Assembly: GCA_963804165.1 (NCBI GenBank)
Contig: CAWDPO010000024.1
Span: 32,001 to 96,000, forward strand
Origin: an uncultured delta proteobacterium
GTDB lineage: Bacteria > Desulfobacterota > Binatia > UBA9968
Direction: 5' to 3'
DNA: 64,000 nucleotides
The notes beneath the pieces are model-generated. The model was given only the letters and a program-made list of their open reading frames with translations. It had not been told where the DNA came from and made no database searches. The position numbers and the translations under genes are program-made. Of this stretch, positions 41,760-52,391 are shown in pieces. The stretch's first letter is position 1. Each line of letters begins with the position of its first letter.

Positions 41760-44037
41760 ATGAAAGATCTCTATCTCATCGGCGCTTTGCCCGTGGTGGT
41801 TGGTCGCGCTCGTCGGTCTCGGCGCGACCGCGCGCTGTTGGTGCAGCAATTTATTGGTTTGCGACAGCGCCTGCCGCTCGGGCCAGACCGATTTTTCTCA
41901 CGCTGTCTCCGCGCTGTGCGTTTATGCCGGACTGCTTTTCTTCTTGCTCGGTCCGGCACTGATCGACAAGCGCGTGAGCAAATTGCGCCGGCCGCTTACG
42001 TTGCTCATCGACACCTCGCAAAGCATGGGATTTCCCGCGAGCGCCAAGACCGCGCGCAGGCGACAAAACGGCGCAGAGCCGGCTCGATCTCGTTCGAGAA
42101 AACTCGAAGGCGGCCAAGACGCCGCTGATCCAAAAACTCAATCGCGATTACGATCTTCGCGTGATTCGCTTCGGCACCAGCTTGGAACCCATCGCGCCGG
42201 GCAGCCTGGCGCGGTCTGAAGCCGCAGGATCCGGGCACGCGGCTCGTGGAATTGCTGCAGCACGTCGCGCGCGACAGCGCCGCGCGCAGTCCGGCATCGT
42301 CGTTTTCAGCGACGGCATCACCAACGGTGAGAGACAATCTGTCGATGGCGCGGCGCCGCTGCCGGTGCCGGTATTTACGGTCGGCGTCGGCGACACCGAA
42401 GGTTTTACCGACATGCGCATCGCCAAGCTCGGCGCGCCGGAGTTCGCTTTTCGCGGCCGCGAATTCAAGATCGATCTCACGATCCAAGCCTCTGGCATGA
42501 AGGGCAGATCCGTGCCGCTGTATTTCAATCGCGGCAAAAATCTCATCACGACTCGCGCCATCGCCATCGACGCCGACCCGTTCGAGCAGAAAGTCACGCT
42601 CAGCTTCACGCCGAAAGATTTGGGCACTCACGGCTTTTTCCGTGAGCATTCCGGCCCAACCCAGCGAACAAATCACCCAGAACAACCACAAGGAATTCAA
42701 AGTCGAGGTGCAGCGCGACAAGATCCGCGTTCTAACTCTTGTCCGGCTCGCCGGCATGGAACTATCGATTTTTGCGCATGGCGATGAAGCAGGACCCGCT
42801 GATCGAGCTCGTGTCTTTCGTGTTTCTGCGCACGCCGACCGACACGGTCGACGTGCCGGAGAACCAGTTGAGTCTGATTCCCTTTCCCATCGATGATATT
42901 TTTCTCGAAGAACTGAAGAATTTCGACGTGATTGTCTTCGATGATTTTTCGCACCGCGCTTATTTCAATCCGGTTTATCTGGAACGGGTGCGGGATTTCG
43001 TGCGCGACGGCGGCGGGCTCGCCATGCTCGGCGGCTCGCGCGCGTTCGACAGCGGCGGCTACGGCGACAGCGCGCTGCGCGAAGTGCTGCCCGTCGAGCT
43101 CGACGGCAAGGGCAATTATCAGATCGCGGCGGCAGCGGTGCATGCGGCGTTGACGGCCGCCGGCAAAGCCCATCCGATAACGCGCCTGCTGCCCGATCCG
43201 AAAACCAACGAAGAGGCCTGGAGCAAACTGCCTGCGCTGACCGGATTGAATCAAGTGCGCAGCGTGCGCGGTGAAACTCTGCTCACTGCCGAAGGCAACG
43301 GCACGCAGAGCAACGCTCCGCTGCTGGCCATCGGCCGCTTCGGCAAAGGACGAACTTTGGCGCTGATGACCGACGACGCCTGGCGCTGGAACTTCATCGC
43401 CGTCGGTAAAAAAGAAACGCCGCAAAATCATTTGAAGCTCGTTCGTCAGGCCGTGCGTTGGCTCGCGCAAGAGCCGTCGTTCGAACAGGTGCAGCTGTAT
43501 CCGGTCGCGACCCCGCAACCGGGGGAAAAGGTAGCGATCAAACTGAAAGTCTTGAACGACGACTATACGCCGACGCGCCAGGCATCGATCCAACTTCGAG
43601 TGTTTAGTCCCGACGGCGAGCCGACGCTCGTATCCACGGGTCCCGACAGCGAGGAGGGCGAATACAGCGGCGATTTCATCCCGACTAAAGAGGGCACCTA
43701 TCGGGTCGAGGCCGAGGCCAGCGCCGGCGGGAAAACTCTGGGCAAAGACAAAACCAGCTTTACCGCGGCGTTCTCCTACGGTGAAACCGACGATGGCTTG
43801 CCGCGTCCTGATTTATTGAAAAAAATCGCCGAGTCAAGCAAAGGCGAATACCTCTCGATCAATGACTGGAACGAAAAGAGTTTCGAGAAAATCGCCGCCA
43901 GACTTGAAACCATCGCGCCATCCGAGATCGTCGAACAGCGCCAGACCCGGCTGTGGAGTAACCTGTGGCCGTTCGGCGTCATTCTCGCTCTGCTCAGCGT
44001 CGAGTGGTGGATGAGAAGAAAGTGGGGCCTGATATGA
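41760..44037 (+). CDS. Membrane protein with VWA-like and class I glutamine amidotransferase-like (DUF1355) domains; multiple frameshifts in 41.8-42.75 kb
   Basis: LIDTSQSM, VVFSDG, PVFTVGVG, FVRDGGGLAMLGG, GKGRTLAL, WRW, EWWMRRKWGLI. Confidence 0.75.
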
Positions 44038-44039
44038 TC

Positions 44040-44099
44040 GTAGGGGCAGGCCGATGTGTCTGCCCTCCGTACAGGCAATCACGCAGGATTGCCCCGACA
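44040..44099. repeat. REP element of the GTAGGGGC...GCCCC(T/G)AC class
   Basis: gtaggggcaggccgatgtgtctgccct ... ggcaatcacgcaggattgccccgaca. Confidence 0.7.
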
Positions 44100-44142
44100 A
44101 ACCCCATCCGGCAATCTAAATCGCGCGCGGGGACCTCAAACA

Positions 44143-44937
44143 ATGAATGCGAAAGTGAGACTAACATCGTTGGCCCTGGTAATCGTACTTTCTGCGATAC
44201 CAGCGAGCGTCCTCGCCTTCTGCCACGAACTCGACATGGTCCAAGGCCGAATTTACCGCGCGGCCGCGAGCGCCGCCGCGCCGGTAACGGTGGAGTGGAT
44301 GGGCCATTCGACCTTTCAGATCACGTCTTCGAAAGGCACGCGCGTCCTTACCGACCCGCACGGCGCCTTTGATTTGCCGCAGCCGACTTTGCCGCAGCAT
44401 ATCGTGACCGCCAGTCACCGCCACGGCCCGCACAGCAGCGTCCATATGGCACCCGGCACCCCGGTGATTCTTCATGGGCTCACACCGACGGGCGGCGAGT
44501 GGCAGAAAATTTCGACGACGATTCGCGACGTCTCGGTTTACGTCGTCCCCGCGTATCACGATAAAAGCCAAGGTATGCAGCGTGGCAAAAACGCCATCTT
44601 CGTCTTCCGCGTCGACGACGTCTGCATCGCCCACCTGGGCGATCTCGGCCATATCCCGACGCCCGATCAACTCAAGATGATGGGCAAGATCGATATCTTG
44701 CTCGTCCCCATCGCCGGCGGCTACTACACGGTCACGCCGAGCGAAGCGCGCGAGCTTACCAAGCTGGTGAACCCAAAGATCGCCATTCCCATGCACTTTT
44801 GGTGGGAGCAAGCGGTGCAAGACTACGTTCACGGAATGGCAAGAGTGAAAACTCTGAACACCCCGATTTTGAAAATTTCCAAGCCGGAACTGCCGACACC
44901 CACCGAGGTCGTGGTCTTGCCGTGGCGACAAAGGTAG
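44143..44937 (+). CDS. Exported metallo-beta-lactamase-fold hydrolase (UlaG/UPF0173-like)
   Basis: WMGHSTF, TDP, SHRHGPH, HLGDLGH, IPMH. Confidence 0.85.
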   Translation: MNAKVRLTSLALVIVLSAIPASVLAFCHELDMVQGRIYRAAASAAAPVTVEWMGHSTFQITSSKGTRVLTDPHGAFDLPQPTLPQHIVTASHRHGPHSSVHMAPGTPVILHGLTPTGGEWQKISTTIRDVSVYVVPAYHDKSQGMQRGKNAIFVFRVDDVCIAHLGDLGHIPTPDQLKMMGKIDILLVPIAGGYYTVTPSEARELTKLVNPKIAIPMHFWWEQAVQDYVHGMARVKTLNTPILKISKPELPTPTEVVVLPWRQR

Positions 44938-45101
44938 CGAATCCACTTTATAACGCCGCAAATCCTATCACTTGCATTTAGTTGAGCTGAGCGAGTTGGA
45001 GGGGTTCGAGCAATTCGAAGGCGCTGACCGGAGTAATCTTATCGTCGTCGACTCACGGTTGGCTCGTGAAACGTCCGGAGCCGTAAATACACCTCACTGT
45101 C

Positions 45102-46439
45102 TTAAACGACCTTGCGTTTAGGAGGATCCAATGATTCGTCGGTGTCACTGCAGTCGGGCGTCAAAACGCTCGCCGATTCACCGGTAATCAATCGCGCTGC
45201 GCGGTTGCGGCTGAAATAATACCAGCCCCATTGCACCAGGACCAGGACCTTGTTTTCAAATTCGACCAGGTACATGAGATGCACAAACAGCCACATCAGC
45301 CAGGCAAAGAATCCGGCAAAGTGAATTCTACCCATGTCCGCAACCGCTGATGCTCGCCCGACCATCGCCATGCTGCCGCGATCGCGGTAAATGAACGGCG
45401 TGACGTTTCTCTGCGCCATCTTGCTCTGAAGAATTCGCGCGACGTATTGACCTTGCTGCATCGCGACCGGTGCCACGCCGGGAAGTGGTTTCCCGTCTTG
45501 GTGAGAATAGTTGGCCAGATCTCCGATCACAAATACTTCGGGGTAACCGGGGATGCTAAGGTCGCGCTCGACGATAATCCTGCCTATGCGATCCACGCTG
45601 GCACCGGTCGTTTTGGCGAGCACTTGGCCAAGAAAGGAAGCCTGCACGCCGGCGGCCCAAATAACGGTACGGCACGGGATGCGCTCGATGATCTCGCCGC
45701 GCTTGACCGTGACGGATTCCCGATGAAGTTCAGTCACAACGGCCCTAACTTCGACTCTCACTCCCAATTCACTCAGAAAGATTGCCGCCTTGGTTGAAAG
45801 CTGAGGTGGATACGCAGGAAGAATCCGATCGCCGCCCTCGATCAATAAAATTCTCGCTTTGGATGGGTCGATGCTGCGGAAATCATGCGTCAGAGTATCG
45901 TTCGCGATTTCTCCGAGGGCGCCGGCCAACTCGACGCCAGTGGGTCCGCCGCCGACGATGACGAAGGTCAGCAAGGCTTCGAGTTTTTCCGGATCACTTT
46001 CTCTTTCCGCAGCCTCGAACGCGCTGAAGATACGCCGCCTGATTTCGGTGGCGTCTTCGACGGTCTTGAGGCCCGGGGCGATCTTTTCCCACTCGTCGTG
46101 GCCAAAATAGTGATGGCGCGAGCCGGTTGAGACAATGAGGATATCGTACTCCACGAAGCCATCACTGAGCGAAACGCGGTGTTTTTTTACATCGATATCG
46201 ATCACTTCGGCCAATAGGACCCGAGCATTCCGCTGGCGTTTGAGCGTTGCCCTTAACGTCGACGCAATGTTGGCCGGAGAGAGCCATCCGGTCGCGACCT
46301 GGTAAAGAAGCGGCTGAAAGAGGTGGAAATTGCGTCGGTCGATCAGCGTCACCTGAACCGGCGCGCCGCGGAGCGACTGAGCGGCAGCAAGGCCGCCAAA
46401 GCCGCCGCCGATTATAACGACGCGAGACACTCTATCCAT
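45102..46439 (-). CDS. ndh: Type II NADH:quinone oxidoreductase
   Basis: IIGGGFGG, FQPLLYQVATG, VGGGPTGVELAG, WAAGV, IGD, APVAMQQG. Confidence 0.92.
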   Translation of the reverse strand: MDRVSRVVIIGGGFGGLAAAQSLRGAPVQVTLIDRRNFHLFQPLLYQVATGWLSPANIASTLRATLKRQRNARVLLAEVIDIDVKKHRVSLSDGFVEYDILIVSTGSRHHYFGHDEWEKIAPGLKTVEDATEIRRRIFSAFEAAERESDPEKLEALLTFVIVGGGPTGVELAGALGEIANDTLTHDFRSIDPSKARILLIEGGDRILPAYPPQLSTKAAIFLSELGVRVEVRAVVTELHRESVTVKRGEIIERIPCRTVIWAAGVQASFLGQVLAKTTGASVDRIGRIIVERDLSIPGYPEVFVIGDLANYSHQDGKPLPGVAPVAMQQGQYVARILQSKMAQRNVTPFIYRDRGSMAMVGRASAVADMGRIHFAGFFAWLMWLFVHLMYLVEFENKVLVLVQWGWYYFSRNRAARLITGESASVLTPDCSDTDESLDPPKRKVV

Positions 46440-46915
46440 ATCGGTATTCTGAAACTTATTTTCACCCCTGACAATCGCTTGCTTCCGCAGCCTCGCCCGC
46501 GGAACGCCGGCACATCGACGAGCGGCCGATCGAGTTTCGCCCTGTTGAGCGTGAGTGCCGATCAATCTGTGAAAAACGATGCCTCGTTATGGCGAGCATG
46601 GATTGACTGTCGAGTTAGCCTCGTTGAATCCGGTTTCCGGAGCGGAATTCCCCGTCCTGGGGTCGCTGGACAAACACCAAGCCGCGCGGTGTATTCACTT
46701 GGACGTACATTAAAAATGCGGCGGATTCTTGCCGTGCTAGAATAAAGCGAATCTCATCGCGGCGCCTGCGCAAAATCTTTTGATTCCGTCTGGGAATAGC
46801 GAAGGTCACATCACGTCTACGCCAAGGGTGCGGATTCTATCGTTGGAGATGTCGACAGCGGAGCCCTCACTCTATCGTCTTCCGCCAGTTTGTCCGGCAC
46901 CTGAAGAATTCGCCA

Positions 46916-47692
46916 TCATCCCGGAGAATTCGCTGAACCACGATAGTAGCGCTGTCCGCGTTCGTAGCCGCGACGAAAAGCATCCTTACGATAGATCTCC
47001 GGATAGAGCACCCTCAGGTGTTCCGACACTTCGTCATACGAACTGCCGCGCGTGTGCGGCAGGAGCGCCGATTCAAAACCAGATCGATACTCTCGTTCGT
47101 CCTGCGGAAAATCCCCTCCTGCTTGGACATAATGCTCTTTTTCCGCGTCGCGCAGACCGACCCACCATTGCTCGCGCGCCTCGTCGACGCTTTCCGCTCC
47201 GTTGCTCGCGAAAATCTCACGCGCAGCGGCGGCTTGATTGTCATCTTCGGCAAAAGCGATCAGGACCGTCCGTCCCTGCTTCAGCGCGTCCTCGTAGACG
47301 AATATCTCGTCCTTGGGCAAACCTTCGGTCAGCGCGTTTTCCAAACTGCCGCCCGCCGCGGCGCCTCCGACGGCGCCGCCGATTCCCAGTAACGCAGAAG
47401 CCGCAAGTCCGATGGCAATGGCGGGTCCCACACCCGGAACGATCGCGCTTGTGACCGCCATGCCGAGAGGGGCGCCCAGGGCCGTTCCCACGGCTGCACC
47501 GACCACACCACCGACCGCCTTCCCCATGCCAGGTTGCTCGCCTTCGGTCGAAGGAACCAAATCGAGTTCCAAATCCGACGCGTGGGGAGTTAAGAAATTT
47601 ATGCCTTCGTCCGCGATACCGTGCGCGCGCAGCTTTTCGGCGCTGCGTAGCGAAGCGTCGAACGAAGTAAAAATACCGGTGATTGCTTGCAT
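46916..47692 (-). CDS. General-stress-type membrane protein (Gly/Ala-rich hairpin), paralogue of 56908..57678
   Basis: Shared EQPGMGKA.GG, EGLPKDEIF.YE.AL.QGRTV, AES.D.ARE.WW.GLRD. Confidence 0.75.
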   Translation of the reverse strand: MQAITGIFTSFDASLRSAEKLRAHGIADEGINFLTPHASDLELDLVPSTEGEQPGMGKAVGGVVGAAVGTALGAPLGMAVTSAIVPGVGPAIAIGLAASALLGIGGAVGGAAAGGSLENALTEGLPKDEIFVYEDALKQGRTVLIAFAEDDNQAAAAREIFASNGAESVDEAREQWWVGLRDAEKEHYVQAGGDFPQDEREYRSGFESALLPHTRGSSYDEVSEHLRVLYPEIYRKDAFRRGYERGQRYYRGSANSPG

Positions 47693-47930
47693 ACTATTTC
47701 CCTTGGTTGTTTTTTGGTTTGGTTGGAGGCTGAAAACAATTGCTGCTTAAGACCTAGTCCTCCGCTGGCGACCCGTGAAGTCCACTCCACACCGGCTGCG
47801 TGTTTTGGCAACACCGGGTGGGCATTGACCTGAACTCCAGGTGTCGTCGTGACTTCAACTTTAGTGAATTCTATCCAGTATCCTGGTCCTGAAAGTTTGC
47901 GTTAAAATTGCCGCGCTATTCCGTCTGGAA

Positions 47931-48015
47931 AATCTCCCCTTCCCCTCTTTGACAAAGAGGGATGAGAACCGCACAGAGAAAATTCCCCTTTGAAAAAGGG
48001 GACAAAGGGGGGTTT
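47931..48015. repeat. Double-hairpin palindromic element
   Basis: ccctctttgacaaagaggg and cccctttgaaaaagggg. Confidence 0.65.
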
Positions 48016-48049
48016 GAGTTCGACTTCAGCTGCGCCATCGAATCCGGTT

Positions 48050-48202
48050 TTACCCGTGGCGCTTGAAATACTGTACCGCACGCTCGTGTTTTTCCGCCGC
48101 CGTACGGGTTTTGAACGTGCCTAGATTTTTACGTTTGCCGGTTTCTCTGTCCTTCTTGCGGGAGTAGAGACGGTATTCGCCGGACAGAAGCTTTCGAATC
48201 AC
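48050..48202 (-). CDS. Small basic hypothetical protein (50 aa)
   Basis: GGAGG RBS then GTG: IRKLLSGEYRLYSRKKDRETGKRKNLGTFKTRTAAEKHERAVQYFKRHG. Confidence 0.65.
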   Translation of the reverse strand: MIRKLLSGEYRLYSRKKDRETGKRKNLGTFKTRTAAEKHERAVQYFKRHG

Positions 48203-48258
48203 CAGTGGCCTCCATGCAACAATGTGCGGGGCCGATGCGGCCCCGCACATTGGCTCGC

Positions 48259-48639
48259 TCAATTGATTTTCGAAGATTTCGAACCCTCTCTCGACATTCC
48301 AGTCTTGCTGATCGAGTCCGCAATCAAAATTGCGCCTTGGTCTCGATAGGAAACGTTCACCTTGTCCCCAACCTTGATCGAGTCGAGGGACTTTTTGGCG
48401 GAGCTCCCCTGAACACTGAGATTGAGCTCCTCCTCGCCGGTCTTCACAGCCACCTTGCCGGCCTTCGGGTCAATCGACGTGACTTCGCCGCTGGCGCGCT
48501 TTGCGCTAGTGCTTTGATTTTCCATACCCCGCTCTGCTCGCTCCGGAGTCGTCGGAGGCAAGCTTTGCGAGTAACTCATTCCGGCCAAGGTCAGCATCCC
48601 CACCCCGGCGAAGAGCGATGCAACAATTTTCTTCTCCAT
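48259..48639 (-). CDS. Exported small beta-barrel (OB-like) protein
   Basis: Signal peptide; GEVTSID, IKVGDKVNVSY. Confidence 0.65.
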   Translation of the reverse strand: MEKKIVASLFAGVGMLTLAGMSYSQSLPPTTPERAERGMENQSTSAKRASGEVTSIDPKAGKVAVKTGEEELNLSVQGSSAKKSLDSIKVGDKVNVSYRDQGAILIADSISKTGMSREGSKSSKIN

Positions 48640-48676
48640 CGTCTTCCTCCAGTTTCTGTTTTTGTTCTTGAACCGC

Positions 48677-48916
48677 TTACATTGGATTCCTGGATTCCGT
48701 TGCTTTTCGGGAGGCCACGGCGTTCCGTTCGTGCCAATCTTCCGTCCAACGCGTCACTTCTTCTTTTTTATCGCCGTACCTCTTTTGAACGACGCCTAAA
48801 AACTTGTCGTAGTTGCCCTCCGCTTCCAGGAGATCATTGTCGGTCAATTGACCCCATTTCTTCTTGACCTCGCCTTTGAACTGTTGCCAGCTCCCTTTGA
48901 ATTGTTCCTTATTCAT
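48677..48916 (-). CDS. csbD: CsbD family stress protein
   Basis: KGSWQQFKGEVKKKWGQLTDNDL..EG..G.VQKRYG. Confidence 0.9.
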   Translation of the reverse strand: MNKEQFKGSWQQFKGEVKKKWGQLTDNDLLEAEGNYDKFLGVVQKRYGDKKEEVTRWTEDWHERNAVASRKATESRNPM

Positions 48917-48961
48917 GCGAAACCCCTCCTTGCTTTTAGCCGCTGTTTCTTTTCTCTCCCG

Positions 48962-49708
48962 TCAACACCACCAATAGTTTTCCTGACCGTAATGTTTGTG
49001 GAGTTGCGTCTCGTAAGCGCGATCGAGACTGTTGGGATTGAATTCCGGACTGCTCTGTATCGATTCTCGCGACAAGTTGACGTAGACGTTTGAATTCTTC
49101 CAATCGACGTGCGCGATCCATGGCGGAGCAATGAGCACCTTTTTCCCCGGCCACCAATTTCGCGTGTCGACAACGATGTATCGAATCGACCAAGACTCAT
49201 CGTCGAGGATGAAATCATCCACGTGGCCGATTTCGCCGTCGGTGGCCTGAAGGGTGTAACCCGCGACATCCTTCATGCTTCTCAAGTGCGACTTGTTGAT
49301 CTCATGAGTGAGCGCGATCCGCTTGTCGATCGCTTCGGCCATCAGATCCTGGGGTAGAGCCACTGGACCCCATGTGGCGTCGCCCGCCCAATAGTAAGGC
49401 CAACCGTAGTAATTGTAATATTTGATTTCATCTTGGGCCGAGAGCGCTTCGTCCATACTGATGTCGGGACTGTTTTTCACTTCTTCCTGAGTCAGCAGAA
49501 CCGGGAGTCTTTTGCCTTGCCAATCCGGTTCGTCGACGACAATGGGTGAGATAAGAACCTTACGGCCCGGCAGCCAACGACTCGTATCGGCGACCAAGTA
49601 ACGAACCGTCCACGCCTTGTCGTCAAAAATAAAGTCATTAGCTTCGCCGATGTCGCCGTCTTTAGCGCCTATTGAGAGGCCTTTCAGGTCTTTCATTCTT
49701 CGCAGCAT
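48962..49708 (-). CDS. Tandem PRC-barrel domain protein
   Basis: Two repeats of A.DG.IG...DFI.DD..W.VRY.V.DT..W.PG.KVLI.P. Confidence 0.88.
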   Translation of the reverse strand: MLRRMKDLKGLSIGAKDGDIGEANDFIFDDKAWTVRYLVADTSRWLPGRKVLISPIVVDEPDWQGKRLPVLLTQEEVKNSPDISMDEALSAQDEIKYYNYYGWPYYWAGDATWGPVALPQDLMAEAIDKRIALTHEINKSHLRSMKDVAGYTLQATDGEIGHVDDFILDDESWSIRYIVVDTRNWWPGKKVLIAPPWIAHVDWKNSNVYVNLSRESIQSSPEFNPNSLDRAYETQLHKHYGQENYWWC

Positions 49709-49846
49709 GGCGTCACTCTCCTTTTTTTGTGGGGCTTTCCTTGCCGATGGCTCGCGAAGCATCATTTACAGAAGAATCAAAGATGACTCCATCGAATTGG
49801 TCAATTTCTCGGTACTTAATCATTTCGGCACTTGATCTCTATCAAC

Positions 49847-49862
49847 GCACAGACGGTGCCAA
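49847..49862 (-). promoter_or_regulatory. Putative sigma54 -24/-12 promoter (PRC-barrel/csbD operon)
   Basis: TTGGCACCGTCTGTGC (GG-N10-GC). Confidence 0.6.
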
Positions 49863-50064
49863 CACCAAAACGTTCGTTCATTTCGCAACTTAGATGCGCC
49901 CTGTCATTGAAGAACAGTTCGTTTGGGGGATGATCTCCTACAATTGAAGTAGAAATCTAAGGTTTTGACCCGACACTCACGCTGCGTCAAAATGGATTTC
50001 GAATCGGCTCTAGCCAGTCTCTTGTTGAGATAGCTGGTGGGACTAGCGGTAAACGATCCGTTGC

Positions 50065-50337
50065 TTAACTGCCGCGTTGTTTCGTTGGGGCTGAGTGCTC
50101 GACATCCGCACCCGCGCCCAATGAACTGAGAGCTTTCAAGACCGCATCGAGGGTAATCGACTGTGGACCCGCGGGCGACATCCCCTCTTCATCGGCAACT
50201 TGAAGCTCTCGCATGTCGTATTCCCATCGTCGAAGAATTTCGATCTTCTGATCACGTGACATGTCGTTTCTTTCGACTACTTCTTGCGGCGTCTTGAACA
50301 TCGTGCTCGGGTCAACGAGCGTATTTTTTTGGTCCAT
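50065..50337 (-). CDS. Small acidic hypothetical protein downstream of encapsulin; paralogue of 58548..58805
   Basis: P...FKTP.E.V....SR.QK.EILRRWE.D....VADEEGM shared with 58548. Confidence 0.75.
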   Translation of the reverse strand: MDQKNTLVDPSTMFKTPQEVVERNDMSRDQKIEILRRWEYDMRELQVADEEGMSPAGPQSITLDAVLKALSSLGAGADVEHSAPTKQRGS

Positions 50338-50388
50338 CACGGATTGTCTCCTGTCGTTGATGTGCTCAACCCATCCGGCCTTCGCTTT

Positions 50389-51218
50389 TCACTTGCGTCT
50401 CTCGGAAGTTTTTTTGGATTCACCCAGGATCGTGCAGATGGCGATCGGGCGCTTCGATCTTTAAGACCAATGATTCGCTGACGGCGAAGTGTTCGTGCGC
50501 GGCGTCCGAGGTAAGATGGGCGATATGTAAGTCCTGACCAAGAACGATCGACCCCACGTCCCGGGCCACCAACACGCATCCCTCGATGGCCGCTTTGACG
50601 ATACCGCGCGTGCAAAGTCGCTTGAGATGCTCGATCTGAAGAAGGTCGGACCCGGGATATCGGCGGAAAAGATTGTTATAAAGTTCCGGCGCCAGTGCGA
50701 GCCCATAGGGACCGCGGTAACCCTTGCCGTCCAACGCGTTCACGGCGGTGATGACGTCGTCGAGCACTTCATCGACGTTACGCCAATTCCCGGCTTTTAC
50801 AGTTTGCCGGCCCTCGACTGTCAGTAATCCTCCTAGATGAAAATCCGTCTGGCCTTGGTAGACAAATTCTTCTTCGCGCTCAGCGACAGCTTGAGCCGCG
50901 TCTTCCGCGGCCTTGAGATTTAATGGTCACTCCTAGCTCTTGAAACGCCGCGATTCGCCGCTTTGAGATTGTAAAACGGCGATAGATCATCGGAACCGAT
51001 AGCGCCCGGCTGACCACCGCGCTGGCCTCGTCTGGGCCGGGCTCACGACATCGATCGTCATTTCCTACCTCGACGGTAGTCAAACCGATGCCGTAAGGGC
51101 CATCGACTTCCACGATTCGCCTGCCGCTCAGGATTTCCCGCGCAGCGGCGACCGCGGCTTCTTCGATGCGCGTCAGCAACTCTGAAGTAATGATTCCCGG
51201 TGATCTCTCGTCCGCCAT
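50389..51218 (-). CDS. Family 1 encapsulin shell protein (Linocin M18); frameshifts at ~50925 and ~50445
   Basis: RIEEAAVAAAR..LSGRRIVEVDGPYG, AEDAAQAVAEREEEFVYQG, GPYGLAL, GQDL.I, ESL. Confidence 0.88.
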
Positions 51219-51220
51219 GA

Positions 51221-51601
51221 TCAACTTCCTTTCATATCTCCGACGGTAGGTCGCAGGTATCCTCGCTCCGGCTTGGCCGGTTCGTCTCCTTCTGTTTCTG
51301 TTTTTGCGCGTTCCTCGATGGTCGTAATGTCCCCGCTCGTGAACAGATATAACTTCAAAGCTTCGTCGAACTTCGGAACGTTGCGCCGGATCCATTCGAG
51401 GGTCATGGAAGCATGTTCGATCTCCTCGTTTCGGTTGTGCTCGAGGACACCCCGCAACTCTGGATCTGTACAAGCTTCAGCGCGTTGGTTATACCAATCG
51501 ATCGCTTCAAGCTCTTCCATCAGCGAGACGATCGCGCGATGAATATCGATGGTTCGATCCGTCAATTGCCCGGCCGGTTCATGCAGCGTGAATGATGGCA
51601 T
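51221..51601 (-). CDS. Encapsulin-associated ferritin-like protein (EncFtn/Flp) with C-terminal cargo-loading peptide
   Basis: HRAIVSLMEELEAIDWYNQRA...HNRNEEIEHA.M.LEWIRR...YLFT; tail LRPTVGDMKGS; lies directly upstream of encapsulin. Confidence 0.93.
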   Translation of the reverse strand: MPSFTLHEPAGQLTDRTIDIHRAIVSLMEELEAIDWYNQRAEACTDPELRGVLEHNRNEEIEHASMTLEWIRRNVPKFDEALKLYLFTSGDITTIEERAKTETEGDEPAKPERGYLRPTVGDMKGS

Positions 51602-51649
51602 AATTTATTAACCTACCTATAGGGTGTGGTAGCGGTCGCAATTCTTTCG

Positions 51650-51666
51650 TGCAACTAGCGAGCCAA
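51650..51666 (-). promoter_or_regulatory. Putative sigma54 promoter (encapsulin operon)
   Basis: TTGGCTCGCTAGTTGCA, about 50 bp upstream of the ferritin ATG. Confidence 0.65.
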
Positions 51667-52022
51667 ATTTAAATGTCAATCGTCAAGACCTTTCGAGGGA
51701 GCGAATCTCGTTCGGTTTTGTTCCAATGGCTTAAAGAAAAAAATAGTTTGCTTAAGGCGTCCGTGAGATGGAAACGTATGAAAAGCACCGACAGGCCCAT
51801 TGACTACGTGAACAAAAAACCCAAACAAGCCCTTCCGATCCTTCAGTGATCGCTCGGCAAACAGGCGAGGAAGGAGGTCCCGACCCCGAAACTCCCGGTA
51901 ATTTTTTTACAAGGACGGGATCGAGACCTTGGCGTGGCAGACTGTTTCGGCGGGTGTGATAATCACTTTCCCGCGCCATCAGGATTGTCGCGTTCGAAGC
52001 GCGACGTATCCTACTGGCGCTT

Positions 52023-52187
52023 CTAGACCGGTGGTCTGCGACCCATCACTAGACCCACCAGGAATAAAACCAAAAACACCACGAACAAAATCCATGCGAT
52101 CTGCGTCGCTGCACCGGCCACTCCACTAAGTCCCAGAAGCCCGGCAATCAACGCGATCACAAGAAAAGTTATCGCCCAATTTAACAT
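52023..52187 (-). CDS. DUF1328 (UPF0391/YtjA-like) small membrane protein (absent from the ORF track)
   Basis: Manual translation [54 protein letters not shown]; AGGAGG RBS. Confidence 0.88.
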   Translation of the reverse strand: MLNWAITFLVIALIAGLLGLSGVAGAATQIAWILFVVFLVLFLVGLVMGRRPPV

Positions 52188-52220
52188 TTGCAGACCCTCC
52201 TTTCTTTCAACAGTTAGATA

Positions 52221-52358
52221 CTACACTTTGAACAGACCGAGTATTCCCGTAATGATCAGATAAATGGCAACGATGTAGTTCAACAACCTCGGAATCATTA
52301 GAATCAATATTCCCGCGATCAACGCCACCAGCGGTTGCAGAGCGATATAGATTTGCAT
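52221..52358 (-). CDS. DUF3096 small membrane protein (absent from the ORF track)
   Basis: MQIYIALQPLVALIAGILILMIPRLLNYIVAIYLIITGILGLFKV*; GGAGG RBS. Confidence 0.85.
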   Translation of the reverse strand: MQIYIALQPLVALIAGILILMIPRLLNYIVAIYLIITGILGLFKV

Positions 52359-52391
52359 TGTTTCGACCTCCGGATGCGCCGTCTATCCCGT

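Noticed and set aside
44985-45020. tRNA 3'-end/att-like remnant (gagttggaggggttcgagc) at the start of the accessory region
   Set aside because: The resemblance is short, with no cloverleaf, no second copy and no integrase in the window.
47899-47915. Additional sigma54 site upstream of 47692 (CGGCAATTTTAACGC on the minus strand)
   Set aside because: It matches only GG-N10-GC, fits the rest of the consensus poorly and lies far from the start codon.
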